From Octopus sinensis (taxonomy: Eukaryota), in the NCBI RefSeq assembly GCF_006345805.1, contig NW_021825042.1:1-21110 (forward strand): a stretch of 21,110 bases of DNA, in the 5' to 3' direction. The notes under the pieces were generated by a model, which made no database searches, had not been told where the DNA came from, and saw nothing but the letters and a program-made list of their open reading frames with translations. The position numbers and the translations under genes were made by a program. How positions within the stretch are numbered: the stretch's first letter is position 1; each line of letters starts with the position of its first letter. This document shows positions 8,641-18,725 of the stretch, piece by piece.

Positions 8641-8788
8641 AGAGCAGTAATAGTAGCAGAAGCAGCAGTGGATCTATTCAATTTGACGGACAGATTTTTT
8701 AATTAATACTTTTTAACTAAACACTGTGAAACTTCGGACACTGGTAGAATGTGTCACATAGAACAGGGTTTATTCTTAACGTTTTTGA

Positions 8789-9031
8789 CACTGCGTGGCA
8801 CCTTGGGCAAGTATGTGTGTGTGTGTATGTTTTGGTGTCTGTGTTTGTCCCCCCAGCATCGCTTGATATAACCGATGCTGGTGTGTTTACGTCCCCGTAA
8901 CTTAGCGGTTCGGCAAAAAAGAAACCGATAGAATGAGTACTAGGCTTATACAAAGTCCCGGGGTCGATTTGCTCGACTGAAGGCGGTGCACCAGCATGGG
9001 CACAGTCACATGACTGAAACAAGTAAAAGAG
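8789..9031 (+). mobile_element. Family B SINE, 5'-truncated and internally deleted
   Basis: CACTGCGTGGCACCTTGGGCAAGT joins directly to the (TG)n linker, then the right module ending CCAGCATGG...ATGACTGAAACAAGTAAAAGA. Confidence 0.88.
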
Positions 9032-9179
9032 ATTCAGTAAGATGTTTAATTATTTCAGTTCTCATGTTTGTTAATCTTCTCAGTTTTCGTATGATTTGTT
9101 ATAAAAAATATTTTCAGATTCCGTACGAGGTTTCATCGTTTCGCATTTTCTTTTTTCTTTTTCTTTTACTCTCTTTTCT

Positions 9180-9541
9180 CTCTTTTACTTGTTTCAGTCA
9201 TTTGACTGCGGCCATGCTGGAGCACCGCCTTTTAGTCGAGCAAATCGACCCCGGGACTTATTCTTTGTAAGCCCAGTACTTATTCTATCGGCCTCTTTTG
9301 CCGAACCGCTAAGTGACGGGGACGTAAACACACCAGGGGGACAAACACATACACATACATATATATATATATACATATATACGACAGGCTTCTTTCAGTT
9401 TCCGTCTACCAAATCCACTCAAAAGGTTATTGGTCGGCCCGGGGCTATAGCAGAAGACACTTGCCCAATGTGCCACGCAGTGGGACTGAACCCGGAACCA
9501 TGTGGTTGGTTAGCAAGCTACTTACCACACAGCCACTCCTG
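9180..9541 (-). mobile_element. Near-full-length bipartite family B SINE (tRNA head, CORE-like segment, internal microsatellite, right module)
   Basis: Minus strand has AGGAGTGGCTGTGTGG (A-box), GGGTTCAGTCCC (B-box), TTGGGCAAGTGTCTTC, a (TA)/(TG) linker, and tail GGCGGTGCTCCAGCATGGCCGCAGTCAAATGACTGAAACAAGTAAAAGA. It matches 16401-16818. Confidence 0.92.
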
Positions 9542-9789
9542 AGCCTTTCTTTTTTTTTGTTTTGTTTCATTAAGGGTTAACCCTTTTTTTGTTATATTTG
9601 AAGGAGATAAGCAAAAGTATCGATATTTCTCATAAAACGTTGTGGGAATAAACCAATATTTTAATAGGGGTGAGAAAACCAAAAGTACCTGCGATGGTTC
9701 ACAATGTTCCTTACTTAGTGGCTTTCAAAGTGAACAGTCCAACAGAACAGACTTTTAAGTTCCCATGTTACATCCGCCCCACTCGATTT

Positions 9790-10642
9790 TCTGTTGTTTC
9801 TGTTGTTGTTGTTTCTGTTGTTGTTGTTTTTGTTGTTGTGGTTGCTGTTGATTTTATCATATTTTTTTGGTTTCTTTTGTCCTTTATTTGTTTTTATTGT
9901 CATTTCTATGTTTTCTGCTCTTCCATCTTCGTCAAAATTTGATTGCGCGCGTACACGCGTGTGTATGTGTGTGTGTGTATGTGTATACGTATGTGTGTGG
10001 TGGTGTGTGTGTGTGTGTGTGTGTATACGTATGTGTGTGGTGCGTGTGCGTGTGTGTGTATGTGCGCGTTTGTGTGTGTGTGCATTGCGGCTACAGAAAC
10101 CAGCATCCTATGCCACACACATACACACGCACATACACGTAGACACACACACACACACATATACTCACAATCACATACTCACGCACGCACACGTGCTCAC
10201 ACACTATATACAAATGCATCTTTCTCTCTCTCTCTCTTCCTCTCATTACACACACACACATACGTACGTATATATGTGTGTGTATGTGTGAATATATATA
10301 TATATATATTCACAAACACACACATATATATATACATATATAAATGCATATATATATATACATTTACACACGCATGCATATATATACACACATATATATA
10401 CATGCATATATATATATTTATATATATATATATATATATTCACACACACACACATATATATATATATACACACACACACACATATATATATATATGCAGA
10501 GAGAGAGAGAGGGGGGTGTATGTATGTATATATGAGTGTACATATGAATGGCCACCTCACTCTCACTCTCATTCTCTCCATATATATAATATATATATAT
10601 CAATACACATGTATGCATATTTATATACATCTATGTTTGTCC

Positions 10643-10685
<43 letters not shown>
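9790..10685. repeat. Mosaic of (GTT)n, (TG)n, (CA)n, (TA)n and (GA)n microsatellites
   Basis: Direct reading. Confidence 0.93.
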
Positions 10686-10689
<4 letters not shown>

Positions 10690-10847
10690 CATTTCCAGCG
10701 TTAAGTATTTTCTCTGTACCTAAGGGACCTCCTTCACACGGAATACCGATCTCATTCTCGCCGTTATTCTTCAACGAAATATTTCTTGACATAATTTACA
10801 CATAAGTGCTTAGTGACTTTTAGCATTGTATAACCTACACCAATAGC

Positions 10848-11108
<261 letters not shown>

Positions 11109-11624
11109 CTTTGCGCTAATACGTATGTGTGAATGCTTAAGTTTTTAAGGACTATGACCTTTTTAGGGGACTCTACGACTCATGGGAAGAAATAAGGAAG
11201 ATGCCCTTAGACTATATATATATATATTCATTCGTCCGATGATTCAACGAGAACCGTCTTGTCGACTGATGATTTGCACGATAATTTTGTTTAAAATGAA
11301 GAAGAATTGCCTATCATCAAACACACTCTTTCGTCAGAGACCATCTTCAATCCAGTGGCAAGACCAGCTAGAGACAACTAGGGATGGAGACAGACGCAGT
11401 GGACGATCAAGACGTCTTGACTTGTCGCATCGTGCTCTCTCTGCACACCACAATGCGTTGCTGCAACCATTTTCCCCTCCGTTGAACCATGAAGATTTCT
11501 CCCGCAGAGTCAACCGGGTCTAATTTCACATCTATAGAAAGGCAAGCTCTAACGTGCTAATTAATACATAACTGGGCCCTTGATAGGTGCTACTACTCCA
11601 GGTCAAAATTAACCTGGGAAATAT

Positions 11625-11778
11625 AATGGTTTCAAATTTTCGCACTAGGTCAACAACTTCGAGGAGGCAGTAAGTCGATTACATCGATCTCAATACTCAA
11701 TTGGTACTTATTTTATCGATCCCGAAGGTTGAAAGGTAAAGTCGGACCTCGGCGGCATTTGAACTCAGAACGTAAAGA
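11625..11778 (-). mobile_element. 5'-truncated family A SINE, tail A2
   Basis: Plus strand TGGTTTCAAATTTTCGCAC...AAGTCGATTACATCGA...TGGTACTTATTTTATCGATCCCGAAGG...ACCTCGGCGGCATTTGAACTCAGAACGTAAAG. Confidence 0.85.
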
Positions 11779-12129
11779 TGTCCAAAATTTGAGACAAAAA
11801 ACCGCGGGTACTTAGTTGCCAACCCAATATAATTCAAACGTGGATGAGAGAAGCAGACATGCTGCCGAACGTTGCTGTGTTGCGCAGGATTGGAAATGTG
11901 AAACATCAACAGGGCACTTCAGAATGCACGAATGGGATTGTTGTGCCTTTACCCAGCCGCGCGCACACGTACATGGTGCCCCGTTGATGCTTCATGTTAC
12001 CAAAATGAAATATCAACATGGTGCCGACAAAAATTTTAATGTTCTTCTCATTTCCTTCACGAAATTGGGCAAAAAGGTTTTCATGAAATATTAGACGCTA
12101 CTTATAATGCATAAAAAAAAACGTCCGCA

Positions 12130-12282
12130 TTAGACAAGAAGTTGAAAATTTTTTTGGCCCATGACACTCCATGGACCCATTGTAATGCATGTGTAAATTT
12201 TCATTGGGTGGATCTCGAGTTTTAACGATATGACAAACACACGGACAGACACACACCCTGTGTTTTAAATATATATGTAGAT
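12130..12282 (+). mobile_element. Possible end of a non-autonomous Helitron/Helentron-type (Lep1/DINE-like) element
   Basis: GTAAATTTTCATTGG...ACAAACACACGGACAGACACAC...TTTTAAATATATATGTAGAT resembles the usual AAATTTCAT / CA-GACA microsatellite / TATATAGAT end architecture. Recognition only; no hairpin was verified. Confidence 0.35.
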
Positions 12283-12294
12283 ATGCCTGTGTAA

Positions 12295-12448
12295 GTAGGC
12301 GGACATGGATCTGTGGTTAAAAAGCTTGCTTTGTAACCATGTGATCTCGGGTTCAGTCCCACTGCGCGGTACCTTGGGCAAGTGTGTTCTACTATAGGCT
12401 GCGAGTGAATTTGGTATACGGAAACTGTGTGGAAGCCCATTGTGTATA
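12295..12448 (+). mobile_element. Diverged left module of family B SINE
   Basis: GGATCTGTGGTTAAAAAGCTTGCT...GGGTTCAGTCCCACTGCGCGGTACCTTGGGCAAGTGTG...GAATTTGGTATACGGAAACTG. Confidence 0.8.
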
Positions 12449-12499
12449 CACGAGTGGGTGGACAAATGAAAGTACCACGGACAAAATGTTTTGATCCAT

Positions 12500-12636
12500 A
12501 TATATGTGTGTGTCTTGTCTATGTCTGTGTCTGTGTGTGTCTGTGTGTGTGCGTGTTTATGTGTGTGTGATGTGTATGTATCTATATCTATTTATCAGTC
12601 TCTATCTGGATAAAGGCCTCTCTCCCTTTCTCCTTG

Positions 12637-12705
<69 letters not shown>

Positions 12706-12712
12706 ATATATG
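12500..12712. repeat. (TG)/(CT)n/(TA)n microsatellite mosaic
   Basis: Direct reading. Confidence 0.9.
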
Positions 12713-12935
12713 AATAAAAAATGGAGTTAACGCAGGTGTAATCAAATATTTTTACTTTCGACACATGTTTCGAAAATTCCACTGATACTATCAAAAGAAT
12801 AAATGGTATAAACAATGCAATCTTCTCCTCTATGGTAACTATTTATTTATTTTTTCCGTTTTTTGCTGCCCTGGTAACTATTTATTTATTTTTCCGTGTT
12901 ATTGTTAAGAAGGTAAAAATACACTCATCCATATA

Positions 12936-13008
<73 letters not shown>

Positions 13009-13010
13009 TC

Positions 13011-13044
13011 TTTCTGTTGAAGAGCGTAGGCTCGAAACGTTAAA
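13011..13044 (+). ncRNA. Degenerate minimal hammerhead-ribozyme-like motif at the start of a ~130-bp repeat remnant between (TA)n tracts
   Basis: TTT CTGTTGA A GAGC-GTAG-GCTC GAAAC GT T AAA: core box 1 with A6>U, 4-bp stem II, GAAA box, palindromic minimal stem III (AC/GU), and only 3 bp of stem I. Confidence 0.4.
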
Positions 13045-13142
13045 CTTGTTTTATTTATATTTCCTGAGCGCCATACTAATACAATTGTTCGTTTGTTTTC
13101 CACCTGCCTTCGTCTTTTGTTTATTTTTATAAAGCTTCCCGT

Positions 13143-13161
13143 TATATATATATATATATAT

Positions 13162-13236
<75 letters not shown>
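13143..13236. repeat. (TA)n(GATA)n microsatellite
   Basis: Direct reading. Confidence 0.96.
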
Positions 13237-13237
<1 letters not shown>

Positions 13238-13489
13238 CAATGGTTCTGCATTTTGTAGAGCGGCGAACCCCTTGCAAGATACAAAAAAACACATATGACT
13301 GTGTTTTTGTCATCTTTGCTTCCATTAAAACTAACATCTTGACGACAAAGACAAGAAAAACGACGTCAACATCACAAACAAATAACAACAAATAATAAAA
13401 CAAGATCACAAGAAAGAGAGAGAGTGTGTAAGAAAGGATGAGAGGAAATATGAGAGAGAGAGAGATAAGAGGCGAGAGACGTGGGACAG

Positions 13490-13532
13490 ACGACAGACAG
13501 ATAGATAGATAGATAGAATAGATAGATATATC

Positions 13533-13569
<37 letters not shown>

Positions 13570-13637
13570 CAGATAGACATGATAGACAGATAGATAGATA
13601 GATAGATAGATAGACAGATAGACAGATAGACGAGATA

Positions 13638-13686
<49 letters not shown>

Positions 13687-13715
13687 CAGATAGACAGATA
13701 GATAGATAGATATAG

Positions 13716-13759
<44 letters not shown>

Positions 13760-13762
13760 CAG
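13490..13762. repeat. Complex (GATA)n/(GACA)n array
   Basis: Direct reading. Confidence 0.96.
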
Positions 13763-14720
13763 AAAAAAAGTAATAAGAAAAAATTCAGAAAACAAAAATG
13801 CCTTGAGTAGATGTAAGCGAACAGAAGACGTTAACGTAACGTGTAAGTAAAAAGCTTTTTCTCGACTTTCGCTTGGTTATCTTCTCTCTCTGCCTCTCGC
13901 CCTTACTTTCTCTCCCTCTTTCTCTCTCTCTCTCTCTATCCCGAAGAATCAATTGGTAAGACGTAATAAGAATGGCTACAGCTACACGCTTGCCTGCTTC
14001 TCTGGCCAGGACAAATTTCTGAACAAGTGAAGCTTAGCAATTCTATTTGTCACTTGATCTTGTTCGAATACAAATTAAAAGGTTAGTTAGAAATGTCACA
14101 TCGAAAACATCTGCAACAAATGCTTTTAACTCATATGAAAATATTGATTAAGTCTAAAACTGTGAAACAATAATTTCGTTGACCTTTCAATATGGAGTAA
14201 AATGCCGCCACTTTACGAAGACGATTTTTCTTCTATTCCAGTTTTGTCGAGTATTTCACCTCCTTGACATTAAGACCTGGTCCTCCTGCGACCAATCCCG
14301 AAATCTTAAGAGTTCTTTCCGCTCTAAAGAGTATTAAGAAATATGTGATTTTCGCTAAAGTTTCTCGTTTTGATCAAAGAAAAACGTGTACTTTTAAGAG
14401 CCGGGGAAACATCGCCTATGTTGACCTTTTTGTTTTTAGCATTTTAAAACCAAGTTGTTTCGCTAAAGAATTCGCTAAAGAATCACAGTTCCATTATTGA
14501 GGTTTATCGATGTTGTTTATGTTTGCGTTTGCTGCCAAACACTCACAACTAACATCACTTCCATTCCAGAACGGTTATATCAGGCTTACCTTTATGCCTA
14601 ACACTTGTTTATCAACTAATCCTCGCCAACGCTTGTTTTTATTCGCCTTAAATCCGAGATACAATATATTTTTTTTTCCTTTCTTTCTTTCTTTTCTCTC
14701 TCTCTCCCTGTCTCTGTCTC

Positions 14721-14751
<31 letters not shown>

Positions 14752-14914
14752 ACTCTTCGACCACAGATGCTTCCCAACCACCACCACCACCACCACCACA
14801 CCACCTTTTAATCATCTTCGTCGTTCACTCATCTATCATCTATGTTCTCTTCATCTTCCTCTCCTTCGCTCCTTTCCTACCTTTTCTTTTTGCTCTTCTG
14901 AATAATGTAACCAG

Positions 14915-14923
14915 AATATATTA

Positions 14924-14955
<32 letters not shown>

Positions 14956-14970
14956 TATATCTCGATATTA

Positions 14971-15017
<47 letters not shown>

Positions 15018-15082
15018 CATATCTATATATATAAGTTTATATTATATATTATATATATATATAACATATACATATATGTATG

Positions 15083-15123
<41 letters not shown>

Positions 15124-15157
15124 CTATATATATATATTATATATATATATGTATATG
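14915..15157. repeat. Long interrupted (TA)n tract
   Basis: Direct reading. Confidence 0.96.
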
Positions 15158-15478
15158 GAAGCAGGGAATTTATGGAGGTCCCTCCCAGGAATCTTACACA
15201 ACATCATAAACGTGAGTGTGTACTCACTGAACTGTAAGAAATAGAGAGAGGGAGAGGTCGGGAGAGGGACGGAGGGACAGAGCGAGATCATCCTCCACCC
15301 CCACCCCCAACACCGCCACTACCACCCCACATCATCCCATTCTGTTGGATGTCCCACATTCCACCCGGATACCCCCACCATACACCACACACACACACAC
15401 ATTGCGTCATCTAGGCACCAGCGAAGATATTTAGTGGCTTTATGAAATACGTGTGTACTTTCTTCATAAACAAAAAGG

Positions 15479-15480
15479 CC

Positions 15481-15517
<37 letters not shown>

Positions 15518-15560
15518 GCCTGCCTGCCCGCCTGCCTGCCTGCCTGTCTACCTGTCTGCC
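15479..15560. repeat. (TGTC)n grading into (TGCC)n
   Basis: Direct reading. Confidence 0.95.
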
Positions 15561-15745
15561 TACCTTCCCGCTCACCTCTGTTCTAACTCACGCCTCTCTG
15601 ACCTTTGCCTTATGGAAACTTCTTGATCGCCATCAAGTTCTGCAATGAGAGCCTCTAGAGTGTCGCTGCGAAAATTGCTGGAACTAGCAACCAAATTCTT
15701 CCTCATCTCATTGTATTCGTACTTTGTTAAAACGAGGAAATAATG

Positions 15746-15819
15746 GTCGTGTTGTTGTTGTTGTTGTTGTTGTTAGTGGTGGTGGTGGTGGTGGTGGTGG
15801 CATACTACTACGACAGTAT

Positions 15820-15865
<46 letters not shown>

Positions 15866-15994
15866 TGCAGCAGTAGTAGTAGCAGTAGTGGTGGTGGTGT
15901 TGTTGGTTGTGGTTGTGGTGGTTGTGGAAATGATGGTGGTGGTGGCATTGACGGCAATAGTAGTGGTGGTGGCGGTGGTTGTGGTGTGTTGGTG

Positions 15995-16063
<69 letters not shown>

Positions 16064-16095
16064 CAGTAGTAGCGATGGTGGTGATGGTGTTAGCA
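15746..16095. repeat. (GTT)n/(GGT)n/(AGT)n compound array
   Basis: Direct reading. Confidence 0.95.
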
Positions 16096-16400
16096 GCTCA
16101 ACTGATCTTCTGATATCGAACAAAGCAATCTATACTTCCATAGCTATCTCAAATTACACTGGTCAGCATTTGGGAATTTTTTTTTTTTTTTCAATTTTTA
16201 TTCATGGATGTGTTGTTACACATATCCTTGGGTTGCTGATTTTAAATGTCTAAACTATTTTGCTCTGTAACATAAGGATGTTGAATAAAATACAGATTAA
16301 TAATTTTTAAAAAATGTGATTTTTAAAAATAAATTGTTACTTTATTAAAATGAAACGAGTAATCAAGGAAAAGCACATTCTATTAGTTTTATGGACATAT

Positions 16401-16818
16401 AGGCGCAGGAGTGGCTGTGTGGTAAGTAGCTTGCTAACCAACCACATGGTTCCGGGTTCAGTCCCACTGCGTGGCATCTTGCGTAAGTGTCTTCTGCTAT
16501 AAGCCCCGGGCCGACCAATGCCTTGTGAGTGGATTTGGTAGACGGAAACTGAAAGAAGCCTGTCGTAATAATGTTATATATATATATATATATGTGTGTG
16601 TGTTGTGTGTGTCTGTGTTTGTACCCCTAGCATTGCTTGACAACCGATGCTGGTGTGTTTACGTCTCCGTCACTTAGCTGTTCGGCAAAAGAGACCGATA
16701 GAATAAGTACTGGGCTTACAAAGAATAAGTCCCGGGGTCGATTTGCTCGACTAAAAAAAGGCGGTGCTCCAGCATGGCCGCAGTCAAATGACTGAAACAA
16801 GTAAAAGAGTAAAAGAGT
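16401..16818 (+). mobile_element. Full-length bipartite family B SINE
   Basis: AGGCGCAGGAGTGGCTGTGTGG (A-box), GGGTTCAGTCCC (B-box), CORE-like segment, (TA)n(TG)n linker at ~16575-16615, right module, and tail (GTAAAAGA)x2. Confidence 0.93.
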
Positions 16819-16903
16819 ATATGTTTTCGAAATCACAGAATTATCAACATCAAACCAAATGAATGTAAAAAATGTGCTCCTAATGGTTAGCCTACATATT
16901 GAT

Positions 16904-17690
16904 TCAAAGGAAGGAGGGCCGCTTTGATTTCCGCTTGTGTTGTACATCGGAACCATCACGTTTCAATAACCAGCAGTAATCCGCCATCATACTGATATTC
17001 CATTTGCCCTGGTGTCGAGTTTCCGTGGTACAAATGTCTTGTTAGAGCCGCCCTCCTTGTTCCTCACTGTAGTCCCCACATTTCTTGGGAAAATAGTCAA
17101 GATGCGAGTGCAAACAATGCATCTTCACACTCATTCTAGACCCAAGTTGTTGGAAACTTCATATCAGGCCTTGGATTTTTTTTTTCATATTCTGGGGAGT
17201 AGCTGTTTTCCAAGAAGTTTTAGACAATCTTCTTGGAGAAAAACCTGGCATTCACTTCGACACCTGCTAATGCTTCCTCAAAATGCTTGTCCCTCATCAG
17301 TTCCCGATTCTGAAGGTAACAAAGATTTCTGCTTTTAGCTTGCCTTCATTTATACGAGGAAACTGATTCCAGGAACTTCAAAGCAGCTCCATTCTTGTTC
17401 AGGGCCTTTGCAAAATTTTTAATAAGCCCTAATTTGATGTGGGGCGGTGGCAGCAGAATTTTGGGGATGTCAACTAGGTGCACAGCTTTCACGTTGTGAT
17501 TTCCGAGTAAGAATCTGGTTCTTGGTCGCCAGTATTTTTGTTCATAGTGCTGGCTCTTTGCCCTACTATCCCAAAGACACAGAAAACAGGGATACTTAGT
17601 GTATCCCCCTTGAAGACCCAGTATGAGAGCAATAACTTTCGAATCCCCACAAATGAAAAAAATGATTATGGTACTTGTTTGCAGTTATAT
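16904..17690 (-). pseudogene. Frameshifted DDE transposase C-terminal region, Chapaev3-like
   Basis: Manual translation gives ICGDSKVIALILGLQGGYTKYPCFLCLWDSRAK...KILLPPPHIKLGLIKNFAKALNK...MSVKMHCLHSHLDYFPKKCGDYSEEQG...MMADYCWLLKRD...KRPSFL* (TGA 16904-16906), with several frameshifts and stops. The transposase call is strong; the superfamily label is from recall. Confidence 0.8.
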
Positions 17691-17870
17691 TAAAGAGTGG
17701 GAGAAAGTTGTGGCGAAAGGGTCATCAGAAGTTCGCCATTACCGTCTGCCGGAGCCGTGTGGAGCTTAGGTGTTTCGCTCATAAACACACACATTGCCCA
17801 GTCTGAGATTCGAACACCTTAGCCTTTACCACGAGTCCGCTGCTCTAACCACTAGGCCATGTGCCTCCTA
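17691..17870 (-). mobile_element. 3'-truncated family C SINE
   Basis: Minus strand TGGCCTAGTGGTTAGAGCAGCGGACTCG (A-box), GTTCGAATCTC (B-box) and TTTATGAGCGAAACACCTAAGCTCCAC match 4921-5100. Confidence 0.85.
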
Positions 17871-17974
17871 GGTATGTATTAATGATTCTATATACGTATG
17901 TATTTAGATATGTAGATAAGCTTTTTTTTTGCGTCCTTGAATACTTGTGTGGATTGTGCGTCAGAGTGTATCTT

Positions 17975-18440
17975 TCTTTTACTTGTTTCAGTCATTTGAC
18001 TACGACCATGCTGGAGCATCGCTGCGAGGAATTTTAGGCGAATTAATCGACACAAGTACTTACTTTCTTATTAAGAGTACTACTTCTGCTATCAGTCTCT
18101 TTTAGCGAACTGCTTATTTACGAGGAGGTAAACACAACAATACCTATTTCTTTATTACCCACAAGGGGCTAAACACAGAGGGGACAAACAAGGACAGACA
18201 CACGGATTAAGTCGATTACATCGACCCCAGTGCGTAACTGGTACTTAATTCATCGACCCCGAAAGGATGAAAGGCAAAGTCGACCTCGGCGGAATTCGAA
18301 CTCAAAACGTAACGCAGACGAAATACCGCTAAGCATTTCGCCCGGCGTGCTAACGTTTCTGCCAGCTCACCACCTTTGTTGTGTAAACACAACAATACCG
18401 GTTGTTAAGCAGCGGCGGGGGGGGGGGGGACAAAGGCATA
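17975..18440 (-). mobile_element. Diverged right module of family B SINE, split by a family A SINE insertion
   Basis: TTTTACTTGTTTCAGTCATTTGAC...CCATGCTGGAGCA at ~17977 continues to GTAAACACAACAATACC and resumes after 18382 as ...CCGGTTGTTAAGC...GGGGGACAAA. Confidence 0.82.
18145..18382 (-). mobile_element. Full-length family A (tail A1) SINE with 17-bp TSD
   Basis: Complete head-core-tail. An identical GTAAACACAACAATACC lies at 18128-18144 and 18383-18399. Confidence 0.95.
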
Positions 18441-18562
18441 TAATTTACTTCAAAGGGAAGAGACAGAAGAGTTCAGAGTGTAATATCAATAATAAACAAC
18501 AAATCAAGTTTTGTCATAGAGTATGATCGTTTTCTTATGCTTCTTTTAGCAGAAACAATTAT

Positions 18563-18712
18563 AGGCGCAGGAGTGGCTGTGTGGTAAGTAGCTTGCTAAC
18601 CAACCACATAGTTCCGGCTTCAGTCACACTGCGTGGCACCTTGGGCAAGTGTCTTCTGCTATAGCCCCGGGCCGACCAATTCCTTGTGAGTGGATTTGGT
18701 AGCCTGTCGTAT
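18563..18712 (+). mobile_element. Left module of a family B SINE whose right module lies beyond the Tc1 element
   Basis: Near-identical to 16401-16566 except for a 17-nt deletion bounded by AG microhomology. It ends in the (TA)n linker where Tc1 begins. Confidence 0.92.
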
Positions 18713-18725
18713 ATATATGTATATA

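Larger units (their letters stand above)
16157..17690 (-). mobile_element. 3' part of a Chapaev3-like (CMC/Transib-RAG-related) DNA transposon with one intact terminus, interrupted by a SINE
   Basis: Terminus CACTGGTCAGCA at 16157 is preceded by TTA. A transposase remnant lies at 16904-17690. AT-rich sequence is continuous across the SINE at 16401-16818, with an apparent ATAT duplication. Confidence 0.65.

Noticed and set aside
9670-10723. Cys/Val/Tyr/Ile/His/Thr-rich ORFs
   Set aside because: They are dinucleotide-repeat translations.
11182-11523. 113-aa ORF in non-repetitive sequence
   Set aside because: It has no recognisable domain and starts through a TA tract; a length this short is expected by chance. 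A BLASTX search would be needed to revive it.
12942-13795. IYLS-repeat ORFs (212 aa, 129 aa)
   Set aside because: They are translations of (TATC)n.
13947-13955. 9-nt microexon candidate (CT-rich tract, AAG|AATCAATTG|GTAAGA)
   Set aside because: The signals are plausible, but the polypyrimidine tract is a microsatellite and no host gene is evident. Only junction-spanning RNA-seq reads could support it.
14241-14500. Possible exon after TTTTTCTTCTATTCCAG and ORF 14264-14500
   Set aside because: There is no convincing donor site and no recognisable protein in any frame.
17012-17338. 108-aa plus-strand ORF
   Set aside because: It is antisense to the Chapaev3-like transposase remnant.
18460-18485. 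CAGAGTGTAA as the missing second Chapaev terminus
   Set aside because: It matches CACTGGTCAG poorly and no subterminal similarity was seen.
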